Shown: piece by piece, positions 1-9,625 of the stretch | Position numbering within the stretch: the stretch's first letter is position 1 | How the letters are laid out: each line of letters opens with the position of its first letter | Virus record (IMG/VR): IMGVR_UViG_3300033514_000118 | Coordinates: 1-24,814 of that record | Direction: 5' to 3' (one strand) | DNA length: 24,814 nucleotides | Source of the DNA: a virus | Taxonomy: Duplodnaviria; Caudoviricetes | Notes under the pieces: generated by a model | Told to the model about the DNA's origin: nothing | What the model saw: the letters and a program-made list of their open reading frames with translations, nothing else | Database searches by the model: none | Made by a program: the position numbers and the translations under genes

Positions 1-1200
1 AATAGTTCTAGCAGTTCCGTAAGGAATTAATAGAATAGTTACTTCTAATTTAGAATTTACTAATATATTTTGAGCTGAGTCAATAAATACATCACCTGCA
101 CTTATTTCACCTTTTCCAATCATTAAATCAATAGGTTTTAAAGCAGCATTTCTAAAGAAAGCTATCATTGTACCATCAATTGTACCATTAGATTTTATCT
201 TAATAGGTCTATTTAATTGTGGAATTAAAGCTGTTCTTACTCCTCTAATTGCTTTATCAATAGTTCTTACTTCACTAATATAAGCATAATCAGATAAAAT
301 TGAATCTGCTGTATGATTATCATTAAAATAAGTACCTGAAATACCAATATGTTTAACACCAAATATATATCCTTTTGCGTTAATATCAGTTAAATTCTGT
401 TTTGTTAATGATGTATATAAATCACCATTTACAAAAGCTATAGTTTCTAGTTCTCCACCAGATGCTACATTGAATTTTTCAACCCAAGCTATAGATTCTT
501 GTACTTTTGATGCAGAAATTGCACCAACCAAAGCTCCTACTGCAGGAATTGAATTTCCTTCTGATGTGAATAATGCTTTACCAACATTATTACCATCTTG
601 TAAAAGTGTTACTGATACTTTTGGACTTACTGTTGATAATGTTCTTAAACTATCTAAAGTAGTTAAATCTGAATAAGTAGAACCAGTAAAATCTGCTCCA
701 TAAACTGCTGATAAAGGCATATGATCAGTTTCACAAGTTGCACAAACACCTTGTACTAATTCTACCTGAGCTGTATCATAATCGTTTTTAGTATTGTAAA
801 CACCTATTTGTCTAATTTCACCTTCTGCAAATACTTGCATAGTATAAATTTCGTTAAAATTTAATGCTACTGGAGATATTAATTTAGTTGTATCATTATA
901 TAAACCTACAAATAATTTACCTGTTGGATTTATTCTAAAATATTCGTTTATTTGATACCAATATTCTTTTGCTAATACATTAGTTTCACTTAATCCTGTT
1001 GCAATTACATCTGACATTCTATTGAAAGATATAATTCTATTAGTTTGTGTGAAAGTGGTAATGCCATTAGTAGTGAATGTGGTATTATCTTTAAATTTTG
1101 CATCATAGATAAGTAAACCAGATACATAGTCAGTATCACCTGCTGTTCTACCTAATCCACCGTTCCCTTTGATAAAGACGATGTCATTTAAATTTGCCAT
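1..1200 (-). CDS. Tail sheath protein (DUF2586-like), 3' end runs off the window; missing from the ORF track
   Basis: ATG at 1200; N-terminus MANLNDIVFIKGNGGLGRTAGDTDYVSGLLIY; the same frame at the edge reads ...DVFIDSAQNILVNSKLEVTILLIPYGTARTI. Both ends resemble Bacteroidota Mu-like sheath proteins, and it follows the capsid gene. The middle was not translated codon by codon. Confidence 0.8.
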   Translation of the reverse strand, partial: MANLNDIVFIKGNGGLGRTAGDTDYVSGLLIYDAKFKDNTTFTTNGITTFTQTNRIISFNRMSDVIATGLSETNVLAKEYWYQINEYFRINPTGKLFVGLYNDTTKLISPVALNFNEIYTMQVFAEGEIRQIGVYNTKNDYDTAQVELVQGVCATCETDHMPLSAVYGADFTGSTYSDLTTLDSLRTLSTVSPKVSVTLLQDGNNVGKALFTSEGNSIPAVGALVGAISASKVQESIAWVEKFNVASGGELETIAFVNGDLYTSLTKQNLTDINAKGYIFGVKHIGISGTYFNDNHTADSILSDYAYISEVRTIDKAIRGVRTALIPQLNRPIKIKSNGTIDGTMIAFFRNAALKPIDLMIGKGEISAGDVFIDSAQNILVNSKLEVTILLIPYGTARTI

Positions 1201-1227
1201 AATTTTATTTTTGTTTTTATTAATTTA

Positions 1228-1842
1228 TTAATTTATTATATACCAATTTTTATAAGAATCTCTTAATCCTTTAAAAAGATTTGCAGTATTACTTCTAGCC
1301 AAATCTTTATATGTAGAACTAAATTCTAATCTAGTACCATAAAACATTCTTCCATCATTGTTTATTAGAAAGTATTTACTTTTATCAGCATTTCCATTAA
1401 ATTCCCCTTTTTGGTTTAATTTTTTTCTTATTCCATTAAGATATTGTTGTTTTGTATTAATAGACCTTTGTTGTTTTTGTAAATCTGTTTCTTTTTTACC
1501 TTTTTGTGCTAATGCCATTTTTATTCTAGTAGACTCTGATACAATTGATTTATCATCAAAAAAATATCTTAAATTATAACCATTAGGGGCTAATGTATTT
1601 AATTTATTAATATAAAAAGCTTCTACTCTACATAAATCGGCATCTAGTATATTATCTTCTAATATTGACCATTCAAAATTTTCCCATCCATATTTTCTAA
1701 TTGCATTATATAAATAATAATCCAATTTAGTATAGAAAGCTGCTTTATAATGACCTTCTTGTCTAGCTGATAATGTTTTAGATGTTTCACCAACATATTT
1801 ATTATCGTTTATTATATTCCTTATTAAATAAATTAACCCCAT
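1228..1842 (-). CDS. GIY-YIG homing endonuclease with NUMOD3-like motif and C-terminal DNA-binding domain
   Basis: GLIYLIRN..KYVGET, conserved R, VEAFYI, GYN; NUMOD3-like SESTRIKMALAQKGK; C-terminal FYGTRLEF...LFKGLRDSYKNW. Confidence 0.9.
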   Translation of the reverse strand: MGLIYLIRNIINDNKYVGETSKTLSARQEGHYKAAFYTKLDYYLYNAIRKYGWENFEWSILEDNILDADLCRVEAFYINKLNTLAPNGYNLRYFFDDKSIVSESTRIKMALAQKGKKETDLQKQQRSINTKQQYLNGIRKKLNQKGEFNGNADKSKYFLINNDGRMFYGTRLEFSSTYKDLARSNTANLFKGLRDSYKNWYIIN

Positions 1843-1884
1843 ATTTTATATTTATTTCTATCTTATTGACATTCAATGTTTTAA

Positions 1885-2796
1885 CTATCCTTCTTTGATT
1901 GCGACTACACCAATTTGAGATGTTCTTGCTTTACTTGCACCTGCTCTTACTAATGCAGAAAATACAGTTGCGTAGTATTCTGGACGTACACCACCATCAA
2001 ATATTTGTATTCCACCATTAGTTCTTGAACCCATAGCAAAACGTACAAAATCTGGATGCCAACATAAGATACCTAAGTTAGTATCAGTAGTAACTGCTTC
2101 GGTTGGATTTAATACCAAACTTGCAGAACCTTCATCATAAGCTAAAGCTCTTGATCTCATAAATACATCAAATCCACCTACTCTACCAATTGAACCATTA
2201 GTCAAAATACCTGATTGTAAAGTGTAAACATCTTTAAATTCAGCCATTGTTAATAGATCTTGATATAAATAAGCATCAATTAACATTTTTCTACCTTCGA
2301 TAGGTACATTCTGTGCATTTAATTTAGCAGAAGCTTTTAAAATGTCAGCATAAGTTAATTTCAAACGAGTTGAAGTTTGACTTGGATGATAAGCATTTCT
2401 ACTAGCACCAGTTGTTTCAATAACGTTAGTACTTAAAGTAGGAGCCCAAGCATAAGCTATCCAATCAGCTACTTCTGTATTCAATGTATTAACCATTGCT
2501 TTCATAATAGACATTCTCTTATCATATGAAAATTCAGCAGATTCAACGTCTTTTACGAACATTGGGTCAGTTGTATATTCATCCATAGAGTAAGTTAATT
2601 CGGTATCAGTTCTTTGAGAAACAGATGCTGGGAATGAACTTCTATTTTTTGTTACAGCAGGAATAGTACCAGCTTGAGGTAAATGAATAGTTTTGTTTTC
2701 TACAAAAGCTGTATCATTTATTGCATTTCTATAAAATTCGTTTACTGGGAATAATACTTCTTCAATACTATTTACCCAAATTTCTGTATTTAACAT
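1885..2796 (-). CDS. Major capsid protein
   Basis: 303 aa downstream of protease/scaffold; EIWV..IEEVLFP, IHLPQAG, LNAQNVPIEGR, GRVGGFDVFMRS, WHPDFVRFA resemble HK97-fold capsid proteins of Bacteroidota phages. Confidence 0.85.
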   Translation of the reverse strand: MLNTEIWVNSIEEVLFPVNEFYRNAINDTAFVENKTIHLPQAGTIPAVTKNRSSFPASVSQRTDTELTYSMDEYTTDPMFVKDVESAEFSYDKRMSIMKAMVNTLNTEVADWIAYAWAPTLSTNVIETTGASRNAYHPSQTSTRLKLTYADILKASAKLNAQNVPIEGRKMLIDAYLYQDLLTMAEFKDVYTLQSGILTNGSIGRVGGFDVFMRSRALAYDEGSASLVLNPTEAVTTDTNLGILCWHPDFVRFAMGSRTNGGIQIFDGGVRPEYYATVFSALVRAGASKARTSQIGVVAIKEG

Positions 2797-2805
2797 ATAT
2801 GTGTT

Positions 2806-2937
2806 TTATTTTGAGTTATTTATAATTTTCACAAATATCCAGTTGTGATCTGTTTTTCTTTTGCCATTAATTAATGAAAATGGACGCCCCATTCCCTTTA
2901 CTTTTGCTTCTATTTGAGTTCCCTCAAATAATTTTAT
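2806..2937 (-). pseudogene. Remnant of a GIY-YIG endonuclease C-terminal domain (43 codons, no canonical 5' start)
   Basis: Open frame IKLFEGTQIEAKVKGMGRPFSLINGKRKTDHNWIFVKIINNSK* matches the FxGTxxE...LxxGxRxxxxxW pattern at the C-termini of the long GIY-YIG ORFs in this window. Confidence 0.7.
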
Positions 2938-4169
2938 TTATATTCAACTTTATATTCATCAAAATATAATTTATTGAACATTGGTTTGTTATTTAATTTT
3001 AATTCTTTTAATCCTGTAGGATCATTCTTTTGATACCATTTCCAATCTTTATTTACAGAATTGGTATTAATATCTGTTTTTATTAATTGAGTTAAACTAA
3101 TTTCAGGTGTTTTTACCACATTAATAGAATCAATCAATTTCTTTAAAGTATCAATATTGTTTTGTGCAAGTTCGACAATTAATTCTTTTTGTTCTGCTTT
3201 AATTTTACCTTCTTTTACTGCATCTTCAACAATTGCTGAAACTTCTTTATTTTTTATAGAAGCTTTCACTTCATTTAATTCATTCATTAAATTTTCTAAA
3301 TGTAATTTACTATCATTTAATTCTTTTGTTAATGTAATATATTCTGGATAATCATTAATAGTTTTATTTGCATTTTTGTACAAATCTACAACTGTTAAAA
3401 TTATTTTAGAATCTATATATTCATCTTCATTAATAGTCAAATTCAAATTCTTTACTAATGTTTCTGATAATTTTAATTCATCTACTTTTTTAGACTTTTT
3501 ACTCTTTGGTAATTCTTCTACTATAGGTTCTTCGATAATAGTTTCTGCTATAACAGGTTCTTCAATTACTTCTTCAACAATTGTAGTTTCTATAACAGGT
3601 TCTTCAACTATTACTTCTTCTTTTTTAATATCTGGATGGTTATTGAATGTAGTTAATTCAATTACAGGTTCGATATTATTTTCAATAGGTTTATTCATAA
3701 AATGTTCTTTAATTTTATTAATATCTTTTTCTCCATTGAAATTAAGTTCAATAGATAATTCAGATAACTGAAAATTATTTTTAATCTTAGCTTTTTTATT
3801 AGATGGTAATGCTGTGATAGATGCTTCAACTAAACTAGATTTAGTTACAATTAATTCATTATTTTCATCAACAATTGCATCTAATACAGTTGCTCCAATA
3901 GAACAACCAATTATATATCCCTTTTCAATTTTGTTCTTTATATCTAATGTATCATCATCATCACAAAATTCTGGCATAGCTGTTAATACTCTACCTAAAG
4001 TAATATCATCTTCTTTTCTAATATCTGTCCATTTACCTAAAACTTCATCTACACTATGATTATAAAGCATAACTGGATTCTGAATAAAATCTGTTAAATC
4101 TATTCCATCTGTTAGGACTTTATATCCATATGAGTTTTTATCGTTTGTATTTAAAATGTAGCGATTCAT
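2934..4169 (-). CDS. Prohead protease fused to scaffolding domain
   Basis: N-terminal KNSYGYKVLTDGIDL..F..NPVMLYNH, GCSIG, LVEASITALPSN (HK97-family protease); acidic EEPVI-repeat linker; coiled-coil C-terminus (IVEDAVKEGKI). Confidence 0.85.
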   Translation of the reverse strand: MNRYILNTNDKNSYGYKVLTDGIDLTDFIQNPVMLYNHSVDEVLGKWTDIRKEDDITLGRVLTAMPEFCDDDDTLDIKNKIEKGYIIGCSIGATVLDAIVDENNELIVTKSSLVEASITALPSNKKAKIKNNFQLSELSIELNFNGEKDINKIKEHFMNKPIENNIEPVIELTTFNNHPDIKKEEVIVEEPVIETTIVEEVIEEPVIAETIIEEPIVEELPKSKKSKKVDELKLSETLVKNLNLTINEDEYIDSKIILTVVDLYKNANKTINDYPEYITLTKELNDSKLHLENLMNELNEVKASIKNKEVSAIVEDAVKEGKIKAEQKELIVELAQNNIDTLKKLIDSINVVKTPEISLTQLIKTDINTNSVNKDWKWYQKNDPTGLKELKLNNKPMFNKLYFDEYKVEYK

Positions 4170-4185
4170 ATTATTTCTTTTTATT

Positions 4186-4197
4186 ATATTATATACT
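4186..4197 (-). promoter_or_regulatory. Putative phage promoter AGTATATAATAT for protease/capsid genes
   Basis: Same 12-mer as 10054-10065; 16 nt upstream of the protease ATG. Confidence 0.55.
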
Positions 4198-4223
4198 GTT
4201 TATTCAAAAAATTATTTTTTATA

Positions 4224-4763
4224 CTATTTAAATGTCATTTGATATTCTCCTGTTACATTCAAATCTGTTAAATTAACAGTTGTATAAGTTGGATATGCTG
4301 ATGCATCTGCAAATCTAAATATAAAAGATGTCTTAGTTACTTTAACTGTATTATAACCTGTTAAAAATTCAACAGTTTTTCTATGTAAAGAACCTATCTC
4401 ATATATTGTAGATTTTAATTCATCTGGTAAATCATTATTATTAACACCTTCTACATATTTAAATAATCTATCAACTAATGATAAATGTTCAAGTGATTTA
4501 TCTATCTTAGAATCATTTGACCTTAAAGATGATGCGAATTCTGTGCCTAAATATAAATTTACAGTTATTTGAGCTATTTGTAGTTTATTAGAATACTGTT
4601 CAAATACTGCATCTGGTACAATTTCTATTAAAACTGCTGGATATGGTATAGGATCATTTGTAGATAAATTCTGAAATTGATTATTATATAAATCAATGTG
4701 TTTAATATCGGATATATTATTATTTATAATGTATCTTAGAAAATTATATATATATGAAAACAT
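4224..4763 (-). CDS. Tail terminator / Mu gp37-like protein
   Basis: IKHIDLYNNQ...PYPAVLIE pattern; position in neck module. Confidence 0.65.
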   Translation of the reverse strand: MFSYIYNFLRYIINNNISDIKHIDLYNNQFQNLSTNDPIPYPAVLIEIVPDAVFEQYSNKLQIAQITVNLYLGTEFASSLRSNDSKIDKSLEHLSLVDRLFKYVEGVNNNDLPDELKSTIYEIGSLHRKTVEFLTGYNTVKVTKTSFIFRFADASAYPTYTTVNLTDLNVTGEYQMTFK

Positions 4764-4775
4764 ATTATTATTATT

Positions 4776-5087
4776 TTAATTTATTGCTTTTATTATTAGA
4801 TTCTCCACTAAAGTAGTTATTATATCTTCATCTTCTATAATAAATGGTCTAGGTTGAGTATAAACAGTTCCATATTGTACATATCCTGCATATGATGTAT
4901 TATTATATACAGTAGATGTATTATTAGAATATGATGATTTAGTATTACTTTTCAATAATCCTGTGTCAACTGGTGCATTTTTAGATAGATTCAACATATC
5001 AGTAGATAATTCAGGATTTAATTTATCTAAATTATTTATTATATTTTTTAAATATAATTCTACCTCTAATGTATCTATTGTAAACAT
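4776..5087 (-). CDS. HK97 gp10-like tail-completion/virion morphogenesis protein
   Basis: APVDTGLLKS...NTSYAGYVQYGT..TQPRPFI signature. Confidence 0.8.
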   Translation of the reverse strand: MFTIDTLEVELYLKNIINNLDKLNPELSTDMLNLSKNAPVDTGLLKSNTKSSYSNNTSTVYNNTSYAGYVQYGTVYTQPRPFIIEDEDIITTLVENLIIKAIN

Positions 5088-6250
5088 TATACTATCGGAT
5101 TTATTATTTCAGTTGAAAATTCAACTTCATATCTATTAGCTAAATATTCTTTAGATAATGGATACATCAAATTTAATTTTTCATCTATTAATATTTGTTC
5201 TTCTGGTGCTAATACTTCTGATTTATCAAATTTAAATTCACAATTTTCAGGTAATATTCCTAAATTAATAAGTTTAGGTAATACTTTATCTTTAATTATA
5301 AATTCTATATTTCTTAAATCTGATGCTGTTTTAATTTCAGATTGATCTGAATGTATTTTTCCTTGAGAATATGAACTACCTTCTTCATTTAATAGAGTAA
5401 CGCCCAATACTGCTTTTGATATCTCTTTATTAATAGTATCAATAAATCTATCATATACATTAAATGCATCTGCTTTAGAGTTTTCTACAAATTCAATCTT
5501 TTCCTGTGTATCTAATACTGCCCAAGCTGATTTACCAATGTTTTGTACAAATTCAGCCAATCTTTTTCTTTCTTCTGGTATTGATGAAGTAGTTGTTGCA
5601 ATTCTAATAGGCATACCGAATATTTCAGTATATTCAGCCCAAGCAGACATTGCAGAACGTTTCCATAATACAAGTGGTGCTAATGATTTAAGTATTCCTA
5701 AATCGTTTCTTTCCTTATAAATTTCAAATAACCAAGAATACATTTTAGGTTCTAAATAAGAAATAGTATCTAAATTATTATATACATCTTTCATAAATTC
5801 CCCTGTTTCTGGAATTACATTTTGTCTGTCTATAAGTGATAATTTAGTGATATTATTTTCATATATAGATTCTATCTGTACTAAAGAATGTCCATAAAAT
5901 GTAATATCTAATATGTAAGATAATAAATTGTAAAACCATTCAGAATTAATTTTAGAAGTAGATTCCATATCTTCTACACCATTTTTATAAATATAAAATG
6001 GATATTCTAATACTTTTTCTTTTCTTAATTCTACAACAGATTGCAAATGGTTATCTAACATAACTTCATCATATATTCTTAATAAAGAACGTCTATCTGC
6101 TTTGAAATTTACGTCTTTTTGTTCAGCTAGTCTTAATGCTTCCTTCCAAGATAAAATAGATTCCCTAATTCGATAAGAATTTCTTTCTATAATTTCAGTG
6201 GTTACTTTCTTTGGATTCTGTTTTCCAAATAATTTATCTATTAACTTCAT
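5087..6250 (-). CDS. Portal protein (DUF935, Mu gp29-like)
   Basis: YDEVMLDNHLQSVVELRK, FYGHSLVQI, WAEYTEIFGMPIR, EISKAVLG, GSSYSQGKIH motifs. Confidence 0.9.
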   Translation of the reverse strand: MKLIDKLFGKQNPKKVTTEIIERNSYRIRESILSWKEALRLAEQKDVNFKADRRSLLRIYDEVMLDNHLQSVVELRKEKVLEYPFYIYKNGVEDMESTSKINSEWFYNLLSYILDITFYGHSLVQIESIYENNITKLSLIDRQNVIPETGEFMKDVYNNLDTISYLEPKMYSWLFEIYKERNDLGILKSLAPLVLWKRSAMSAWAEYTEIFGMPIRIATTTSSIPEERKRLAEFVQNIGKSAWAVLDTQEKIEFVENSKADAFNVYDRFIDTINKEISKAVLGVTLLNEEGSSYSQGKIHSDQSEIKTASDLRNIEFIIKDKVLPKLINLGILPENCEFKFDKSEVLAPEEQILIDEKLNLMYPLSKEYLANRYEVEFSTEIINPIV

Positions 6251-6268
6251 ATTTTAATTTGTTTTATT

Positions 6269-6691
6269 TTAATAATTTTCATTATTTGTTTTGAATGTAT
6301 ATCCAAATAAAGACTCTGAACTTCTTGAATTGAATGGAAGTACATTTAATGGTATTGGTGGAGTTATCTTACCAATAGATACTTGATACAGCCAAGCTAT
6401 AGCCTTTTCATATCTTTGAGTTCTAATAAGTGGTATTTGATCTGGAGTTAATCTACTATGTAAGTGATATAATAGTATGTCAATCACAATATTTATAAGG
6501 AATTGGTTTCTTTCAGTTCCTTTTCTATTAAATGTTTCAGTAGTATTATATTTGTTTCCGATATAACTATCAATTTCTGATAATGCTACAGATTCAAAAA
6601 CATCTAATAAATTATTATTTTCCTCAGTAACATCATTCAATATTGATAGTTTAACCAAACTGGTTATTTCTTCTTTGCTTATAAATTTCAT
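6269..6691 (-). CDS. Head-tail adaptor (DUF1320, Mu gp36-like)
   Basis: EIDSYIGNKY, DILLYHLHSR, RYEKAIAWL..V..GKITP. Confidence 0.85.
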   Translation of the reverse strand: MKFISKEEITSLVKLSILNDVTEENNNLLDVFESVALSEIDSYIGNKYNTTETFNRKGTERNQFLINIVIDILLYHLHSRLTPDQIPLIRTQRYEKAIAWLYQVSIGKITPPIPLNVLPFNSRSSESLFGYTFKTNNENY

Positions 6692-6716
6692 ATATTTATA
6701 TTTTTATATTTTTATT

Positions 6717-9194
6717 TTACATCCAATTTCTTTTATCTCGTTCTCCTTGTTCTGGAATAAATTTCATTTTCCTTATGGCTAAATTTAACTTAACATAAGA
6801 ACTCTGTAAGGAATCTATTGCGTCATCATTTATTAATGTAGGAAATGATAACAATTCATTTTTAGTTTCCTCAAAATCTAATGTTCCTTTTAGTAAATGC
6901 GAAAAGAATATATTTCTATTTTCAAATACTACTGACATTGACTCAATTCTTGCTTCTTTATTATCTTTCTTTTCTTTATCTTGTATTATTGGTAAACGAA
7001 ATCCTTTTTTTAATGCAATTTCATCAAACTCTTTTTGGTGTAAATCCTGTGCAAAGTTAGCTTCATAATACATTGAATAAGGTGCTTTTAATAATTTATC
7101 ATTTAAATTGTATAAATATTCAATTACATTATTCATTGTTTGTCTTCTAACATATATATCTAAAATATGATATTCTCCTTTTGTAAAACCTAATGTTACT
7201 ATTGACTTGAAGTCTCCATCTTTTTTAAATGATGGATCTAAATATGCAACAATATATTCATATTTAGAAAATGGTAAACATTCCTTAAATTGAATCCATT
7301 CTTCTTTAAAGATAGAACCAACTGTAATAGGAAAATTCATATATTCTCTCTGGAATCTAATTGTACCTATTTTACTTTCAATACGTTGCAAATCTTCAGT
7401 AGAATAGCGTTCTTTCCAATTAGAATTTCCATTTTCGTCAAGTGCATTTACTTTGATATGTTTTATTCCATCTACTTTTGCAAATTCGTTTAAAACCATA
7501 TTATGTGAGAATCTATTTCCTACAAATAAGAATTTATATTTAGTAATTTCCATTGCTCCTAGTACAGACTGCATAAGCCAATCGTAATGTTGTGATACTA
7601 ATTCTTTATTTCTAGAATCTTTATCAGTGTCAATATCATCTACTATTATAAAATCAGGTCTATGTGATTTATATCTAAGACCTCTAATAGATTGTCCTTT
7701 TCCTGCACAAGTGAATTTACAATCATAATTATCTACAACAAATTCACCTTTTGACCAAGAACCATCTTTTACAAATGGTCCAAAATCTTTTATTAGTTTT
7801 TCATTAGTTTCAAATTCAACTTGTATATTAATAAGTTGTTTTACTGCTGCATCTTTTGTAGATGAAACAAGTAATGCTAAATTTATATCTTTTCTTAACA
7901 TAAAGTAAACTGCTGCGAATAAACTAAATACTGTGGTATTATGAGTGACCATATAATCATCAGTTATATAATGTTCATCTTGTACTTTTAAACATCTTCC
8001 TAAACCTGTTGAATGATATTCAATATTTGTAATTGCTGCCTTTGTTTTTAATGAACCTTTCCATAAGTTTCTTTTTCTACTTAATTTTGCAGGAATGATG
8101 TCACCTGGTAATCTAAATGTTATTCTATAATGGTGAAATAATTTTCCATTACATTTATTCCATCCTTCCATTAAAGTACAAGTTCCACCTAAACTCCTAA
8201 TTAATGCAATTACATTATCCATCAATTCTTTCTTTATTGTAGTATATGTTGCAATATGACCATCTTTGTTTATACTTCCATCAGTATCTATTAAACCTTG
8301 TAATAATTCTTCTCTTTGTTGTATTGAAGAAAACAAATATTCATTTGGGATATATTTATGTCCAAGAAAACCGTTTAATCTTAATTGTTTTTGCAAACCT
8401 TTTATTCCATATCTATAATTTGCCTTATGTTTTGAAACAATATATCCTCTTTCTTCTATATTTTTAATTATCTCTATATCATTAGATGTAAATGATCCTC
8501 CCATTGTATCTCCATCTCCTAACCAACAACCAAAAACATATGGATCTATTGGCAGTTCTTTATATTCAAATTCTATTGGGGAAACAGTTGGTAAATAATA
8601 ATTATATTCATCTCTTATTATTCCGTCTCGTTTATCTAATTTATCTTTTTTATAATCTTTAATTATTTTACTTAATGGTATTGTTTTTAATTTTCCGTGA
8701 GAATAATGTTGTACAGTCCACAAGTGATCTAAATTACATAATGTATTTCTACCATCTCTAGTTGATACTTTATAAAAATCCATTTCTGTTATAGGACTTA
8801 ATCCTTCAACAACCTTATTTTTACCATCTCTACCTATAATAATATCACCAACAGATATATCTTTTAATACTTTCCATCCATAAGGCGTAAGTATTTTAGA
8901 ATTAAGACTTTGTGCCTTAGCAAAACCCCTTGAAAATTCAGCTAGTATTTCTACTTTATCTTGTTTTAATTCTTCTATCAGTTCTAAGTGGAATTTACCA
9001 AGTTTAATTTCAATTCCATTTGAATCTGTTGTGTAATGTTTAAAATATGTAGATACGAATAACTGGAAGTCTTTTAATACTTCTGGTAATTCTGTTTTTA
9101 TAGAATAAATATCTATTTTATTCTTATTTAATAAAGAATTATAATAAATATCTCTTTCTTTTGTATAAAAAGCATCTGTTTTCTTTTTTAACAT
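6717..9194 (-). CDS. terL: Terminase large subunit precursor containing an intein (spliced product ~499 aa)
   Basis: Walker A SRGFAK|TT split by the intein; IRGLR, Walker B FIIVDD, F.REYMN.P, RuvC-like YLDPS and NDDAIDS. Confidence 0.92.
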   Translation of the reverse strand: MLKKKTDAFYTKERDIYYNSLLNKNKIDIYSIKTELPEVLKDFQLFVSTYFKHYTTDSNGIEIKLGKFHLELIEELKQDKVEILAEFSRGFAKAQSLNSKILTPYGWKVLKDISVGDIIIGRDGKNKVVEGLSPITEMDFYKVSTRDGRNTLCNLDHLWTVQHYSHGKLKTIPLSKIIKDYKKDKLDKRDGIIRDEYNYYLPTVSPIEFEYKELPIDPYVFGCWLGDGDTMGGSFTSNDIEIIKNIEERGYIVSKHKANYRYGIKGLQKQLRLNGFLGHKYIPNEYLFSSIQQREELLQGLIDTDGSINKDGHIATYTTIKKELMDNVIALIRSLGGTCTLMEGWNKCNGKLFHHYRITFRLPGDIIPAKLSRKRNLWKGSLKTKAAITNIEYHSTGLGRCLKVQDEHYITDDYMVTHNTTVFSLFAAVYFMLRKDINLALLVSSTKDAAVKQLINIQVEFETNEKLIKDFGPFVKDGSWSKGEFVVDNYDCKFTCAGKGQSIRGLRYKSHRPDFIIVDDIDTDKDSRNKELVSQHYDWLMQSVLGAMEITKYKFLFVGNRFSHNMVLNEFAKVDGIKHIKVNALDENGNSNWKERYSTEDLQRIESKIGTIRFQREYMNFPITVGSIFKEEWIQFKECLPFSKYEYIVAYLDPSFKKDGDFKSIVTLGFTKGEYHILDIYVRRQTMNNVIEYLYNLNDKLLKAPYSMYYEANFAQDLHQKEFDEIALKKGFRLPIIQDKEKKDNKEARIESMSVVFENRNIFFSHLLKGTLDFEETKNELLSFPTLINDDAIDSLQSSYVKLNLAIRKMKFIPEQGERDKRNWM
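7938..8915 (-). mobile_element. Class 3 intein (326 aa, residues 94-419) with LAGLIDADG homing endonuclease
   Basis: Starts AQSLNSKILTPYGW (Ala1); block B CNLDHLW; LAGLIDADG blocks FGCWLGDG and LQGLIDTDGS; block F GRCLKV; ends VTHN|T. Confidence 0.9.
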
Positions 9195-9625
9195 TTCACT
9201 CTAATTGTTTTTATATACCTTTGTTTCCAATAATGATTCCAAGTAATGCTATTTATTGAATCTATTAAAACACCTTCTGATGTAGCATTAATAAATGTAT
9301 TATCATTTATATAAAATGCTACGTGATGTTCAAATATCATTATATCTCCTTGTTTAAAACTATCAACTTCAAATCCTATATTTGCAATTTGATAGGATGT
9401 TCTTGGTATATTTATATTATATTGTTCTTTATATATTAATCCTACTAAAGATGAACAATCAATTCCGTTAAAATCATTTCCTCCATATAAATATGGTATT
9501 CCAATATATTTTGTTATTGATATTCTGTTATTAGTAATTTCTGTGTTATTATGTTGTATTTGTTTTATATATGTTGGTTTAGATAATGATAGAATGAATA
9601 TTATAATCCATTTAATCCATATCAT
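9188..9625 (-). CDS. NlpC/P60 (C40) peptidoglycan peptidase with hydrophobic N-terminus
   Basis: YIGIPYLYGG..GIDCSSLV, IPRTS, GDIMIF, HVAFY, FINA. Confidence 0.88.
   Translation of the reverse strand: MIWIKWIIIFILSLSKPTYIKQIQHNNTEITNNRISITKYIGIPYLYGGNDFNGIDCSSLVGLIYKEQYNINIPRTSYQIANIGFEVDSFKQGDIMIFEHHVAFYINDNTFINATSEGVLIDSINSITWNHYWKQRYIKTIRVKC

Noticed and set aside
1201-1884. Group I introns around the GIY-YIG genes
   Set aside because: Flanks are only a few to ~50 nt of AT-rich sequence, neighbouring genes look complete, and no intron core is visible.
2925-2945. Programmed -1 frameshift fusing the scaffold to the remnant domain
   Set aside because: No X XXY YYZ slippery heptamer, and the -1 frame has a TAA immediately before the remnant.
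470-8467. Plus-strand ORFs 470, 1358, 3157, 3376, 3814, 5538, 7290, 8246
   Set aside because: Antisense shadows of well-supported minus-strand genes, with no recognisable motifs.
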